Notes: generated from the sequence alone by a model not told the origin. A stretch of DNA of 64,000 bases from an uncultured Bacteroidota bacterium (GCA_942493265.1 OW818688.1:4191147-4255146), one strand, 5' to 3'; shown: positions 41,168 through 50,210, numbered from the stretch's first letter. Numbers and translations: made by a program.

Positions 41168-42286
41168 ATGAGTTGCCGGATTCTGCTGGTGGTTCTGCTA
41201 TTCACTGCCGGACTGGGTCAGTCGCAGGACACCGTTTATTTACGGTATGGCCGGTCGAAAAATGATACCATCGTTTATAAGCGTATCATCGACTTCGATA
41301 ATAGCAGCAAACTATACCAGGTAAGAGACTATTATCCGGGCGGACAGATCGAAATGGAAGCCTGGTACAGTAGCTTCGACCCGGTCATCAAGGAAAGCTG
41401 GCAATGCAATTACCTGACCAACACCAAACAGGGACCATACAATCAATGGTATGAGAATGGCCAGATAAAATTCTCCGGAACTTTCAAAAACGGACTCGCA
41501 CACGGGCGCGACCGGTGGTGGTATCAGAATGGCCGGATTGAGGCCGATGAAGGTCGAAAGAAAGGGCAGCTTCATGGCCGTGTTCGTTACTGGACCCCGG
41601 AGGGAGTGCCTGAACATGATTTAAACTATAAAAAAGGGGTGAATCAGAATCCAAAAAAGGTTACCTACCCCTATCTGGTGAATCTCCCAAAGGAATATGA
41701 ATCCGACACTTTAAAACGATGGCCGCTGATTATCTATTTACACGGAGGATCACAGCGCGGTACCGTTTTAAAACGGCTGTACGATTCCGGCATTCCGGAT
41801 CAGGTTTACCGGGGCAGGGAGTTTCCGTTCATCATCATTTCACCCCTTTGTCCGCTGCATTTAAGATGGTCGACCGAGGAGTGGTTCGAAGAATTTTTCA
41901 GAGACATCACGCAGCATTACCGGATAGATCCCACCCGCGTTTATCTGACCGGTCTGAGTCTGGGTGCCTCCGGCACCTGGTATCTGGCCGAAAAATATCC
42001 TGAAAAATTTGCAGCCATCGCACCCATCAGCGGATTTACGCATGGCGAATCAAACTTTATCAAAAAGAAAGTTCACCGGTTGGATAACATCCCTGTCTGG
42101 GCCTTTCACGGAAAGATTGATGACGTGGTTCCCTTTGAAGAAACTGAAAAGATGGTTAGGAAACTGGAAGGGAAAAACCCGGATCTGAAATTCAAGGCCG
42201 AGCCTGCGGTTGGGCATTGGCTGCACTGGATGGTTTATCCGGGGGAGGAACTTTATGCTTGGTTTCTGACCCACATCAAAAATTAG
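41168..42286 (+). CDS. Exported MORN-repeat-variant / alpha-beta hydrolase (esterase) fusion
   Basis: 372 aa with a signal peptide. MORN-variant repeats (WYENGQIKFSGTFKNGLAHG, WYQNGRIEADEGRKKGQLHG). Nucleophile elbow GLSLGASG and a C-terminal His (VGHW). Confidence 0.7.
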   Translation: MSCRILLVVLLFTAGLGQSQDTVYLRYGRSKNDTIVYKRIIDFDNSSKLYQVRDYYPGGQIEMEAWYSSFDPVIKESWQCNYLTNTKQGPYNQWYENGQIKFSGTFKNGLAHGRDRWWYQNGRIEADEGRKKGQLHGRVRYWTPEGVPEHDLNYKKGVNQNPKKVTYPYLVNLPKEYESDTLKRWPLIIYLHGGSQRGTVLKRLYDSGIPDQVYRGREFPFIIISPLCPLHLRWSTEEWFEEFFRDITQHYRIDPTRVYLTGLSLGASGTWYLAEKYPEKFAAIAPISGFTHGESNFIKKKVHRLDNIPVWAFHGKIDDVVPFEETEKMVRKLEGKNPDLKFKAEPAVGHWLHWMVYPGEELYAWFLTHIKN

Positions 42287-42498
42287 GTTCCCCTGCGCCC
42301 CAACACACATAAGCTTTTCAGAAGCATTGTAGATTTTTTCATCACCTGTTGAATATTTACACACTCATTATATCTGTCTGTGTACTAATACTTTGCCCCA
42401 TTTCGTCAAAATTTGTGTAGAATTTCTCTACAATTCTGGTGTTGCTAATTTCATCGCCTTACATCCTATCATTCTGTTATTCTGATACTTATAACAAT

Positions 42499-42514
42499 TG
42501 GCAAGGTAATTGAA
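42499..42514 (+). promoter_or_regulatory. Weak candidate sigma-54 (-24/-12) promoter TGGCAAGGTAATTGAA
   Basis: The TGGCA -24 element is present with correct spacing to TTGA, but the conserved C of the -12 GC is an A. It lies 32 nt upstream of ATG 42546, and a sigma-54 activator is encoded at the end of the cluster. Confidence 0.2.
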
Positions 42515-42545
42515 TTGCCTGATTTGAATTGTTTAAAAAGGAATA

Positions 42546-44264
42546 ATGAACACAAATTTAAAGGCCATGAAAAAGTTAGTTTTAGTACTCATCGGAGCCA
42601 CCCTGATGTTTTCATCTCAGGCAGGCAATTTTCTCAATTCAGGAGGAGATGAGCAGAAATCATCGGATGTAAAAGGGTCAATGACCATTTCCAGCACACC
42701 CGACCTGTTTAAACTGGCAACAGGATGGGCCAGTGAATACTCGGTGATCAATCCGAAAATAAAAATCAATGTGGTTAGTCTGGCCGATCAAACGGGGGAC
42801 CTGTCCACCGGTACGGGAGATAACCTGGCCTTTATTTCAAATGAATCCAACCCTGCCCTGGTCGACGGATCGAAATGGAAAATGGTGATCGGCCGTGATG
42901 CTATTGTACCGGTTATGAATTCATCCAATCCATACCTTGCGGAAATTATCCGGCAGGGGATATCTGCGGCAGAGTTTGCTGGATTTTTCAATTCACCCGA
43001 TCAGCATACCTGGGCCAACCTCCTGGAAGGCGGAAAGAATGTACCGGTGAATTTTTATATGCCGGGCGATGAATCCATAAAATCCACGCTGGCGAACTTC
43101 GCCGGGATCAATTCAAATATGATCCGATCAACGGAAGTAGCAGGCGGACCCGAAATGATCGCTGCCATACAGAATGATCCGATGGCAATCGGCTTTTGTA
43201 AATTGGCTGATATTACTGATCTCTCGGGCCAGAACCTTGTTAATCAGATCAGTTTATTACCCATCGACAAGAACGCGAATGGCAGGATGGATTATATCGA
43301 GAAGATTTATGAAAATGTGACCGACTTATCAAGAGGAATCTGGATCGGGAAATATCCGAAAGAACTTTGCAGGAATTTATATGTAATTGCCCCGGTTAAG
43401 CCAACCGGTGACGAAGAAGTTGCTTTCCTGAAATATGTTCTGTCGGCCGGACAGCAATTCCTCGATATGACCGGATTCAACAGTTTGAACAATACGGAGC
43501 GGCTTTCGAAGATCGATCGGCTGCCGACTGTCTTTCTGACCACGAAAACCTCAAACGGAATTAATTATACCCAGCTGATCATTACCATCCTGGCCGGATT
43601 GATATTCATTGCAGCGGTTATCGCATTTATTCTCAGGTACAGGCGGGCAAACAGTCCGGTAATCCGGAAAACCGCACAGCATTCGGTTCATTCGATCAGC
43701 CAGCATACCATGGAAATCCCCAAAGGTCTCTTTTTCGATAAAACCCATACCTGGGCATTCATGGAAAAAGATGGAACCGTGAAAGTCGGGATCGATGATT
43801 TCCTGCAGCACGTTACCGGGAAGATCACCAGCATCAAGCTGAAAAATCGCGGCGACAAGGTCATCAAAGGAGAACCGGTACTCACCATCATTCAGAATGG
43901 CAAGCGATTAACCATCAGTTCACCCTGTTCGGGAATCATCAGGGATGAAAACCTGATCCTGTTCACTGATCCGTCGTTACTGAACAGTGCACCGTACACC
44001 CAAGGGTGGATATACCTGATGGAGCCAACTAACTGGATGCGGGAAACCCAGTTCCTGTTTATGTCGGAAAAATATTCAGAATGGCTGAAGAAAGAATTTT
44101 CAAGGTTACGGGATTTCCTGGCTCATGCCATAAAACCTGATGTACCTGAATATGCATATGTTATTCTTCAGGATGGAGGTGAAATAACAGATCACTTACT
44201 GGAGAATCTCGGACCAGAAGTATGGGAAGAATTCCAGACCAATTTTATTGAGGCAACCAAATAA
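42546..44264 (+). CDS. Membrane protein: periplasmic PstS/PBP-like domain, one TM helix, cytoplasmic GcvH-like domain plus helical tail
   Basis: 572 aa with a signal peptide and a divergent PBP_like_2-type pattern (MTISSTPDL..., VIGRDAIVPVMNSSNP). TM helix LIITILAGLIFIAAVIAFIL followed by RYRRANSPVIRK. The GcvH-like segment is HTWAFMEKDGTVKVGIDDFLQHVTGKI...QNGKRLTISSPCSGII...PYTQGWIYLMEP. Confidence 0.7.
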   Translation: MNTNLKAMKKLVLVLIGATLMFSSQAGNFLNSGGDEQKSSDVKGSMTISSTPDLFKLATGWASEYSVINPKIKINVVSLADQTGDLSTGTGDNLAFISNESNPALVDGSKWKMVIGRDAIVPVMNSSNPYLAEIIRQGISAAEFAGFFNSPDQHTWANLLEGGKNVPVNFYMPGDESIKSTLANFAGINSNMIRSTEVAGGPEMIAAIQNDPMAIGFCKLADITDLSGQNLVNQISLLPIDKNANGRMDYIEKIYENVTDLSRGIWIGKYPKELCRNLYVIAPVKPTGDEEVAFLKYVLSAGQQFLDMTGFNSLNNTERLSKIDRLPTVFLTTKTSNGINYTQLIITILAGLIFIAAVIAFILRYRRANSPVIRKTAQHSVHSISQHTMEIPKGLFFDKTHTWAFMEKDGTVKVGIDDFLQHVTGKITSIKLKNRGDKVIKGEPVLTIIQNGKRLTISSPCSGIIRDENLILFTDPSLLNSAPYTQGWIYLMEPTNWMRETQFLFMSEKYSEWLKKEFSRLRDFLAHAIKPDVPEYAYVILQDGGEITDHLLENLGPEVWEEFQTNFIEATK

Positions 44265-44280
44265 TTAAAAACAAGAAATC

Positions 44281-45147
44281 ATGGGAGTAGATCGCAGAGT
44301 ATTTATGAAAACGCTGGGGTTAACCGGAACTGCCCTGGCCCTGGGTAAGAATTTGGGGGCCGCCCCTAAAAGCAAAAGCGACGTTGAATTTTACGGAGTA
44401 TTGTATGATTCAACCCGCTGCGTTGGTTGCCAGACTTGTGAAGTCACCTGTGCCGAAGCTCATGGCTATCCGGCACCTACTGATGTTCCGGAAGCGGGAG
44501 TTACCCGGAAAACAAATGAAAACTGCCGTACGGTGGTTAATGCTTTCAAAACTTCGAAAGGGGAGGTATACAGCAAGCAGCAGTGCATGCATTGCAATGA
44601 ACCGGCCTGCGCAGCTGCCTGTCTCACCCAGGCCATGTATAAAACCAAGGAAGGCCCGGTTATCTGGCGTGCCGATAAATGCATGGGGTGCCGTTACTGC
44701 ATGGTTTCCTGTCCGTTTGATGTTCCAAAATTTGAGTTCCATAGTGCCAATCCAAAGATTGTAAAATGCGACATGTGCTATGACCGCCTCAAGGAAGGAA
44801 AGAAGCCTGCATGTGCCGAAAACTGTCCGGCCGAAGCCATAACGTTCGGAACCCGCAGGGAACTGCTGCATGAAGCGCAGAAACGCATTCATGACCAGCC
44901 CGATGTTTATCAGGACTATATTTATGGGGCACATGAAGCCGGTGGAACCGGTGAATTGTATGTAGCACAGGTACCGCCTGCCGAGCTGGGATTCAGGACC
45001 AATCTTCAGCAGGAATCGTATCCGGCATTATCAAAGGGATTTTTGTACAGCGTTCCCTCCGTATTCGTATTGCTGCCCGTTTTATTGCTGGGCATACATG
45101 AAACCACCAAGAATAAAAACCATAATGAAGGAGATGAAAATGAGTAA
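44281..45147 (+). CDS. Tat-exported 4x[4Fe-4S] ferredoxin-type subunit (HybA/NrfC/PsrB/DsrO family) with C-terminal TM anchor
   Basis: 288 aa with the twin-arginine motif DRRVFMK. Four Cys groups: CVGCQTCEVTC, CMHCNEPACAAAC, CMGCRYCMVSCP, CDMC...CAENCP. C-terminal hydrophobic helix VPSVFVLLPVLLLGI. Confidence 0.85.
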   Translation: MGVDRRVFMKTLGLTGTALALGKNLGAAPKSKSDVEFYGVLYDSTRCVGCQTCEVTCAEAHGYPAPTDVPEAGVTRKTNENCRTVVNAFKTSKGEVYSKQQCMHCNEPACAAACLTQAMYKTKEGPVIWRADKCMGCRYCMVSCPFDVPKFEFHSANPKIVKCDMCYDRLKEGKKPACAENCPAEAITFGTRRELLHEAQKRIHDQPDVYQDYIYGAHEAGGTGELYVAQVPPAELGFRTNLQQESYPALSKGFLYSVPSVFVLLPVLLLGIHETTKNKNHNEGDENE

Positions 45148-46366
45148 CTCAGCCTATCCTCTTGCGAAAGACAATGATGGAAAATCCATCTTTAAGTTCA
45201 TACTCAGTGAATTCAAACCGAAAGACAAGTTGCTGACACCGTTCAATATCATTTCCATTCCGGTCATAATATTGGGGGTGGTGCTGATTGTCATCCGGTT
45301 TTGGAAAGGAATCGGTTCAGTCACGAATCTCACCCAGGAAGTTCCCTGGGGCCTTTGGATCGGCTTTGATGTGGTTACCGGTGTGGCCTTTGCCGGAGGC
45401 GCCTATGTGCTCACTTTCATTGTTTACATCCTCAACAACCAGAAATACCATTCCATTGTTAGGATCACGGTTTTAAACGGATTTCTCGCCTATGTATTCT
45501 ATGCAGGGGCCTTGCTTCTTGATCTGGGCCGACCATGGAATGTGATCAACCCGATTATTGGAAATAATTTCGGGACCAGTTCGGTCCTATTCCTGGTAGC
45601 CTGGCATTTTCTGCTGTACATGCTGGCACAACTGATTGAATTCTCTCCTGCCGTGGCAGAGTGGCTCGGTGCACGGCGGGCGCGCAAAATCCTATCTGGA
45701 ATGACCATTGCAGCGGTGATTTTCGGGATCACGCTATCCACCCTGCATCAATCCGGACTGGGAGCGCTATATCTGATGGCTAAGGACAAGATCCATCCAC
45801 TCTGGTACTCCGAATTTATTCCGATCATGTTTCTGATATCCAGCATATTTGCCGGACTTTCGATGGTTATTTTCGAAGGATCGATCAGTCATCGCGTGTT
45901 TTTCAGCCAGATTTCTGAGAAAAACCATCACGCGCAGAACGGCATTATCCAGGGGTTATCGAAAATTTGTGCCGGGGCCATGTTCGCTTACTTTTCCCTC
46001 CAGATCCTGGTATTTATCCACGAAAAACGGTGGGATCTTATCAATACTCCTATGGGATACTGGTATTTGGTTGAAATGATCGGTTTTGTGCTGATTCCCA
46101 TGATACTGTTCGTTTACAGTTACCGGAGAAAAAACATTAATCTGATCAAGGTGGCCGCCATCATGACCATGGTGGGAGTCATACTCAACCGGCTTAACGT
46201 AACGGTAATCGGATTCAGGTGGGATGAAGCAATCCGGTATGTTCCATCCTGGATGGAAGTTGTGATCACTTTGACCGTGATTTTCACCGAGATCTGGATC
46301 TTCCGATGGGTAGTGAGGCGGATGCCCGTATTGCGTGAATCACCCTCCTGGGTTGAAAAAGAGTAA
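45140..46366 (+). CDS. NrfD/HybB/PsrC-family integral membrane (quinone-interacting) subunit
   Basis: I prefer ATG 45140 (MSNSAYP...), which overlaps the upstream stop within ATGAGTAA. About 8-10 TM helices and a HybB/NrfD-like motif VPWGLWIGFDVVTGVAFAGG. Confidence 0.8.
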   Translation: MSNSAYPLAKDNDGKSIFKFILSEFKPKDKLLTPFNIISIPVIILGVVLIVIRFWKGIGSVTNLTQEVPWGLWIGFDVVTGVAFAGGAYVLTFIVYILNNQKYHSIVRITVLNGFLAYVFYAGALLLDLGRPWNVINPIIGNNFGTSSVLFLVAWHFLLYMLAQLIEFSPAVAEWLGARRARKILSGMTIAAVIFGITLSTLHQSGLGALYLMAKDKIHPLWYSEFIPIMFLISSIFAGLSMVIFEGSISHRVFFSQISEKNHHAQNGIIQGLSKICAGAMFAYFSLQILVFIHEKRWDLINTPMGYWYLVEMIGFVLIPMILFVYSYRRKNINLIKVAAIMTMVGVILNRLNVTVIGFRWDEAIRYVPSWMEVVITLTVIFTEIWIFRWVVRRMPVLRESPSWVEKE

Positions 46367-46388
46367 TAAACATTTAAAAAATATTAAA

Positions 46389-47105
46389 ATGGACGGATTT
46401 AGTTATTCCAACATCTTCGAAACAAAAGGGATTGAATATCTGGCAATCATTGCATTCTTTGCCATCCTGATCCCCTTCTGGATCATTCTGAACAGGCAGG
46501 CAAAAACCAGAAGACTGCAAAAACTTGCAGGAACCTTGTCGCCCGCTACGCTGCGCATTCCCCAGGGGCTTTTCTTCAGCAGGAACCATACCTGGACCCA
46601 TCTCGAAAGATCAGGTATTGCCAAAATCGGGCTCGACGACATGCTGATCAGGATTACCGGTGACATTAAGGTTATCAACCATGCGAAACCCGGCGATTCC
46701 ATCAGGAAAGGCGAATTGCTCGCCGAGATAGATCACAACGGAAAACAGCTCAGGGTGTACTCCCCTGTTTCAGGAGAAGTAAAGTGCACAAACTCTTTGC
46801 TCAATGAACAGCCGGAAATCATGAATGAAGATCCTTTCCGCAAAGGATGGATTTATCAGGTAATTCCTTCCAACTGGGTGGAAGAAACCCGGTCGTACTA
46901 CCTGGCAGGCGAAGCCACCAGCTGGATGTCGAAGGAACTCATAAGATTCAAGGATTTCCTGATGATGTCGGCCGGAAGAAACTCCATTGAAACTTCTGGT
47001 ATAATCCTGCAGGACGGAGGTGAGCTGCGCGATAATACACTTGCGGAAATGCCCGAAGAACTGTGGCATGACTTTCAGAAGAATTTTATGAGCAAAAACG
47101 ACTGA
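46389..47105 (+). CDS. Membrane-anchored GcvH-like domain protein (paralog of the C-terminal half of 42546..44264)
   Basis: I prefer ATG 46389 (MDGFSYSNIFE...). One TM helix (LAIIAFFAILIPFWIIL) followed by NRQAKTRRLQK. The GcvH-like segment is HTWTHLERSGIAKIGLDDMLIRITGDI...HNGKQLRVYSPVSGEV...PFRKGWIYQVIP. It shares the tail ILQDGGE...W.(D/E)FQ.NF with the first protein. Confidence 0.7.
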   Translation: MDGFSYSNIFETKGIEYLAIIAFFAILIPFWIILNRQAKTRRLQKLAGTLSPATLRIPQGLFFSRNHTWTHLERSGIAKIGLDDMLIRITGDIKVINHAKPGDSIRKGELLAEIDHNGKQLRVYSPVSGEVKCTNSLLNEQPEIMNEDPFRKGWIYQVIPSNWVEETRSYYLAGEATSWMSKELIRFKDFLMMSAGRNSIETSGIILQDGGELRDNTLAEMPEELWHDFQKNFMSKND

Positions 47106-47187
47106 AATATTGAATAATTCAACACTTTTTGATCGGTAATGCCTAAATTTACAAGCATCGGTCTGATGTTTGAATTAATAAATATGC

Positions 47188-48870
47188 ATGTTGAAAAGAG
47201 GAAAAAACAAAACCTGGATCGGAAGTCCATCCTTAAGAAAAAAGTACCTCAGGTTCCGATCATCGATTTACAGCCGCGTTGTCCTGGTTATCGGAATATT
47301 ATCCATTTTCCTGCTTGTATCCAACAATGTTATTTTCAGGTCGGTCAATGACGGATACATAAACTCCGTCATCCATCAGAACGGAAGCAATATAGGGTCA
47401 ATTGTTGAAGGGGCCTTATACCATTCCATGCTTGAAAATAACAGAAGCGCTCTACAGAATACGCTGGATGTTATCAATACAATGCCGGGGATCGATGATG
47501 TTAACATGTATGATAATCAGGACAATCTGGCCTATTCCTCCTTTTCTGAATCCAGGGAGGGCCACATTGATCCCAATTGCAAGGGGTGCCATAAGGATTT
47601 AGCCACAATGTTTCCGGTACAGGAGAAATCATACCGGATCATCGACAGCCACAGTGAATGCCTGATGAGTCAAACGGATAACAATACCCGGCATTTGCTG
47701 ATCCGGTCGCCTATCCTGAACGAACCCTCCTGTTATAATTCCAAGGCCTGTCATGCCCATGATCCGAATGAAGCGGTTCTGGGTTCCCTGTTTATTAAGA
47801 TGCCATTGGCAGATGTTGATGCAGCCGTTAAAAAATCATCGACTGAATTCTTTTTGCTTGCTGCGCTGATGACTCTTTTTATGGCGTCATTTCTAGTGCT
47901 TTTTACGCGCAATAACATTAAAAATCCGCTGAACGCAATCATCAAGGCCAGCGAAGCCGTATCAACCGGGGATAACAGCGCCCGTTTGGAAGTCAGTCCG
48001 GACCAGCTCGATGATATCAGAATGCTCTCCTATGCATTCAACCATATGCTGGATAATCTCCAGACTGCCAATACGGAACTTCAGAACTGGTCGAAACAGC
48101 TGGAGTACAAAGTCCAGAAAAAATCGGAAGAATTGGGCGAGGTTCAAAACGAACTTATTAATATTGAGCGAATTGCATCACTTGGAAAGCTATCATCCTC
48201 TGTTGCCCATGAGATCAACAACCCCTTATCCGGGATATTGGTATACACTAAGCTGGTTCATAAAAAGCTGAGTACGGAGAACATAGATCCCGAGAAAAAG
48301 AAATCCATGCTAACGCACCTGAAGCTCATCGAAGATGAAACAAAACGGTGCGGGGATATTGTGAAGGGACTGCTGGATTTCTCCAGAAAGGACCAGGATG
48401 ATTTTGAAACCAGGCATCTGAATGAAATTCTGCTGGAGACATACAACCTGATGGCGCATCCGATCAACATTGCCAATATCAACTTTCTGACAGACTTCAG
48501 CGCGGTTCATGATTTAACCTGGTGCAGTCCCAATCAGATCAAGCAGGCATGCGTGGCTATACTGGTCAACGCTTCCGAGGCGGTGGCTGAAAATGGAGAA
48601 GTTGTGTTCAGGAGCAGTAATCCGGATGCGGATACCATAAAATTCGAGATAACCGATAACGGAGCAGGCATCGCTCCGGAGGACATTCCGCATGTTTTCC
48701 AGCCGTTTTTCACAACCAAGAGCAACGGTGCCGGCATCGGACTCGGATTATCGATTGTACACGGTATTATTCAGAGTCATAACGGTAAAATTGATATAAA
48801 ATCAGAGCCGGGAAAGGGAACCACCGTTTCGATAACCCTGCCACTGGTAACTAATAAAGGAGACGAATGA
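47188..48870 (+). CDS. Sensor histidine kinase with periplasmic Cys/His-rich domain (one CXXCH), HAMP, HisKA, HATPase
   Basis: 560 aa with two TM helices flanking a ~190-aa loop. The loop contains CKGCH (47578-47592) and C-X5-CHAH (47731-47760). A HAMP-like segment follows, then H-box SSVAHEINNPLSGI and the G-box GAGIGLGLSIV. Confidence 0.85.
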   Translation: MLKRGKNKTWIGSPSLRKKYLRFRSSIYSRVVLVIGILSIFLLVSNNVIFRSVNDGYINSVIHQNGSNIGSIVEGALYHSMLENNRSALQNTLDVINTMPGIDDVNMYDNQDNLAYSSFSESREGHIDPNCKGCHKDLATMFPVQEKSYRIIDSHSECLMSQTDNNTRHLLIRSPILNEPSCYNSKACHAHDPNEAVLGSLFIKMPLADVDAAVKKSSTEFFLLAALMTLFMASFLVLFTRNNIKNPLNAIIKASEAVSTGDNSARLEVSPDQLDDIRMLSYAFNHMLDNLQTANTELQNWSKQLEYKVQKKSEELGEVQNELINIERIASLGKLSSSVAHEINNPLSGILVYTKLVHKKLSTENIDPEKKKSMLTHLKLIEDETKRCGDIVKGLLDFSRKDQDDFETRHLNEILLETYNLMAHPINIANINFLTDFSAVHDLTWCSPNQIKQACVAILVNASEAVAENGEVVFRSSNPDADTIKFEITDNGAGIAPEDIPHVFQPFFTTKSNGAGIGLGLSIVHGIIQSHNGKIDIKSEPGKGTTVSITLPLVTNKGDE

Positions 48871-50210
48871 TGGCAAAGAAAATCTCAATTTTAATCGTCG
48901 ATGATGAACGATCGGTGCGTGATTCGCTCTTTAATTGGTTTATCGAGGACGGATACCGGGTTGAATGTGCTGAAAATGCCAAAGCTGCCTTAACAATGCT
49001 GGAATCCGACAATTTCGACATCATTCTGGCCGATATCAAAATGCCGGGTATGGACGGACTGGAAATGCTGAGGAGAATAAAATCCCTGAAAAAGGAATCG
49101 ATAGTCATTGTTATGACGGCATTTGCAACCGTGGATACCGCTGTACAGGCATTGAAGGACGGAGCATTTGATTATGTGACCAAACCATTTGATCCTGACG
49201 ACTTATCCCATCTGATCAGGAACGCATCAAAACAGATCATACTCAGTGATGAAAACGAATCGCTGAAGGAGCGGGTGGTATCGCTGGAAAACGTTGAAGA
49301 TCTGATTGGCACCAGCGAAGCAATTCAGATGGTGCTGAAGCAGGTTGAAAGTGTTGCCCAATCCAATTCTTCGGTCATAATCACCGGAGAGAGCGGAACT
49401 GGCAAAGAACTCATTGCCAGGGCTATTCACGCCAATTCACCCCGAAAATTCTTTCCTTTGGTGAGTGTACATTGCGGAGCGCTTACCGAGAGTTTGCTGG
49501 AGAGTGAGCTGTTTGGCCATGAGAAGGGAGCATTTACCGGAGCCATGTACAATCGGAAAGGCCGGTTTGAAATGGCTGATGGCGGCACCATTTTCCTGGA
49601 TGAGATTGCCACGATTTCAACCAAAATGCAGGTAGAACTGCTTCGGGTACTGGAATCAAAAAGCTTTATCAGGGTTGGCGGAAATAAAGAGATTACCTCA
49701 GATTTCAGGGTCATATGTGCCACCAACAGGGATTTAAAAAGTATGGTAGAGAACGGTACTTTTCGCGAAGATTTGTATTACCGGTTGAATGTGGTCAACA
49801 TCCATGTTCCACCCTTACGTGACCGGACCGGGGATATCCCGCAGCTGGTTGAGTATTTCATCAGAAAATATTGCACTTCGATGAACCGGCTTCCGGTTAC
49901 CATCGAGGCCCAGGCATTAAAACGTTTGCAGGAATTCGATTTCCCGGGAAATATCAGGGAATTGGAGAACATGGTTGAACGGGCCATTGTCATTGGAAAC
50001 GGCAGGAAGATTACCATGAAAGACCTGCCACTGCAAAAAAGTATCATTACCAATTCCACGGAAAGCCTGGATGATGTTGAAAAGCACCACATTCTGCAAA
50101 TTCTGACCAATCACGAATGGAACATAACGCGAACGGCAAAAGCATTACAGGTTGACCGGGTGACCCTCTACAACAAAATCAAGAAATACAATCTCAAGCC
50201 TATTGATTGA
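48867..50210 (+). CDS. Sigma-54-dependent response regulator (REC, AAA+, Fis-type HTH; NtrC family)
   Basis: 447 aa with REC (ILIVDDE...ADIKMPGMDG), Walker A GESGTGKE, the GAFTGA loop (EKGAFTGA) and a C-terminal HTH. ATGA overlap with the kinase gene. Confidence 0.9.
   Translation: MMAKKISILIVDDERSVRDSLFNWFIEDGYRVECAENAKAALTMLESDNFDIILADIKMPGMDGLEMLRRIKSLKKESIVIVMTAFATVDTAVQALKDGAFDYVTKPFDPDDLSHLIRNASKQIILSDENESLKERVVSLENVEDLIGTSEAIQMVLKQVESVAQSNSSVIITGESGTGKELIARAIHANSPRKFFPLVSVHCGALTESLLESELFGHEKGAFTGAMYNRKGRFEMADGGTIFLDEIATISTKMQVELLRVLESKSFIRVGGNKEITSDFRVICATNRDLKSMVENGTFREDLYYRLNVVNIHVPPLRDRTGDIPQLVEYFIRKYCTSMNRLPVTIEAQALKRLQEFDFPGNIRELENMVERAIVIGNGRKITMKDLPLQKSIITNSTESLDDVEKHHILQILTNHEWNITRTAKALQVDRVTLYNKIKKYNLKPID

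Noticed and set aside
47139-47351. A 70-aa ORF overlapping the start of the sensor kinase gene in another frame.
   Set aside because: It is overlapped by the well-supported kinase ORF and shows no motifs.
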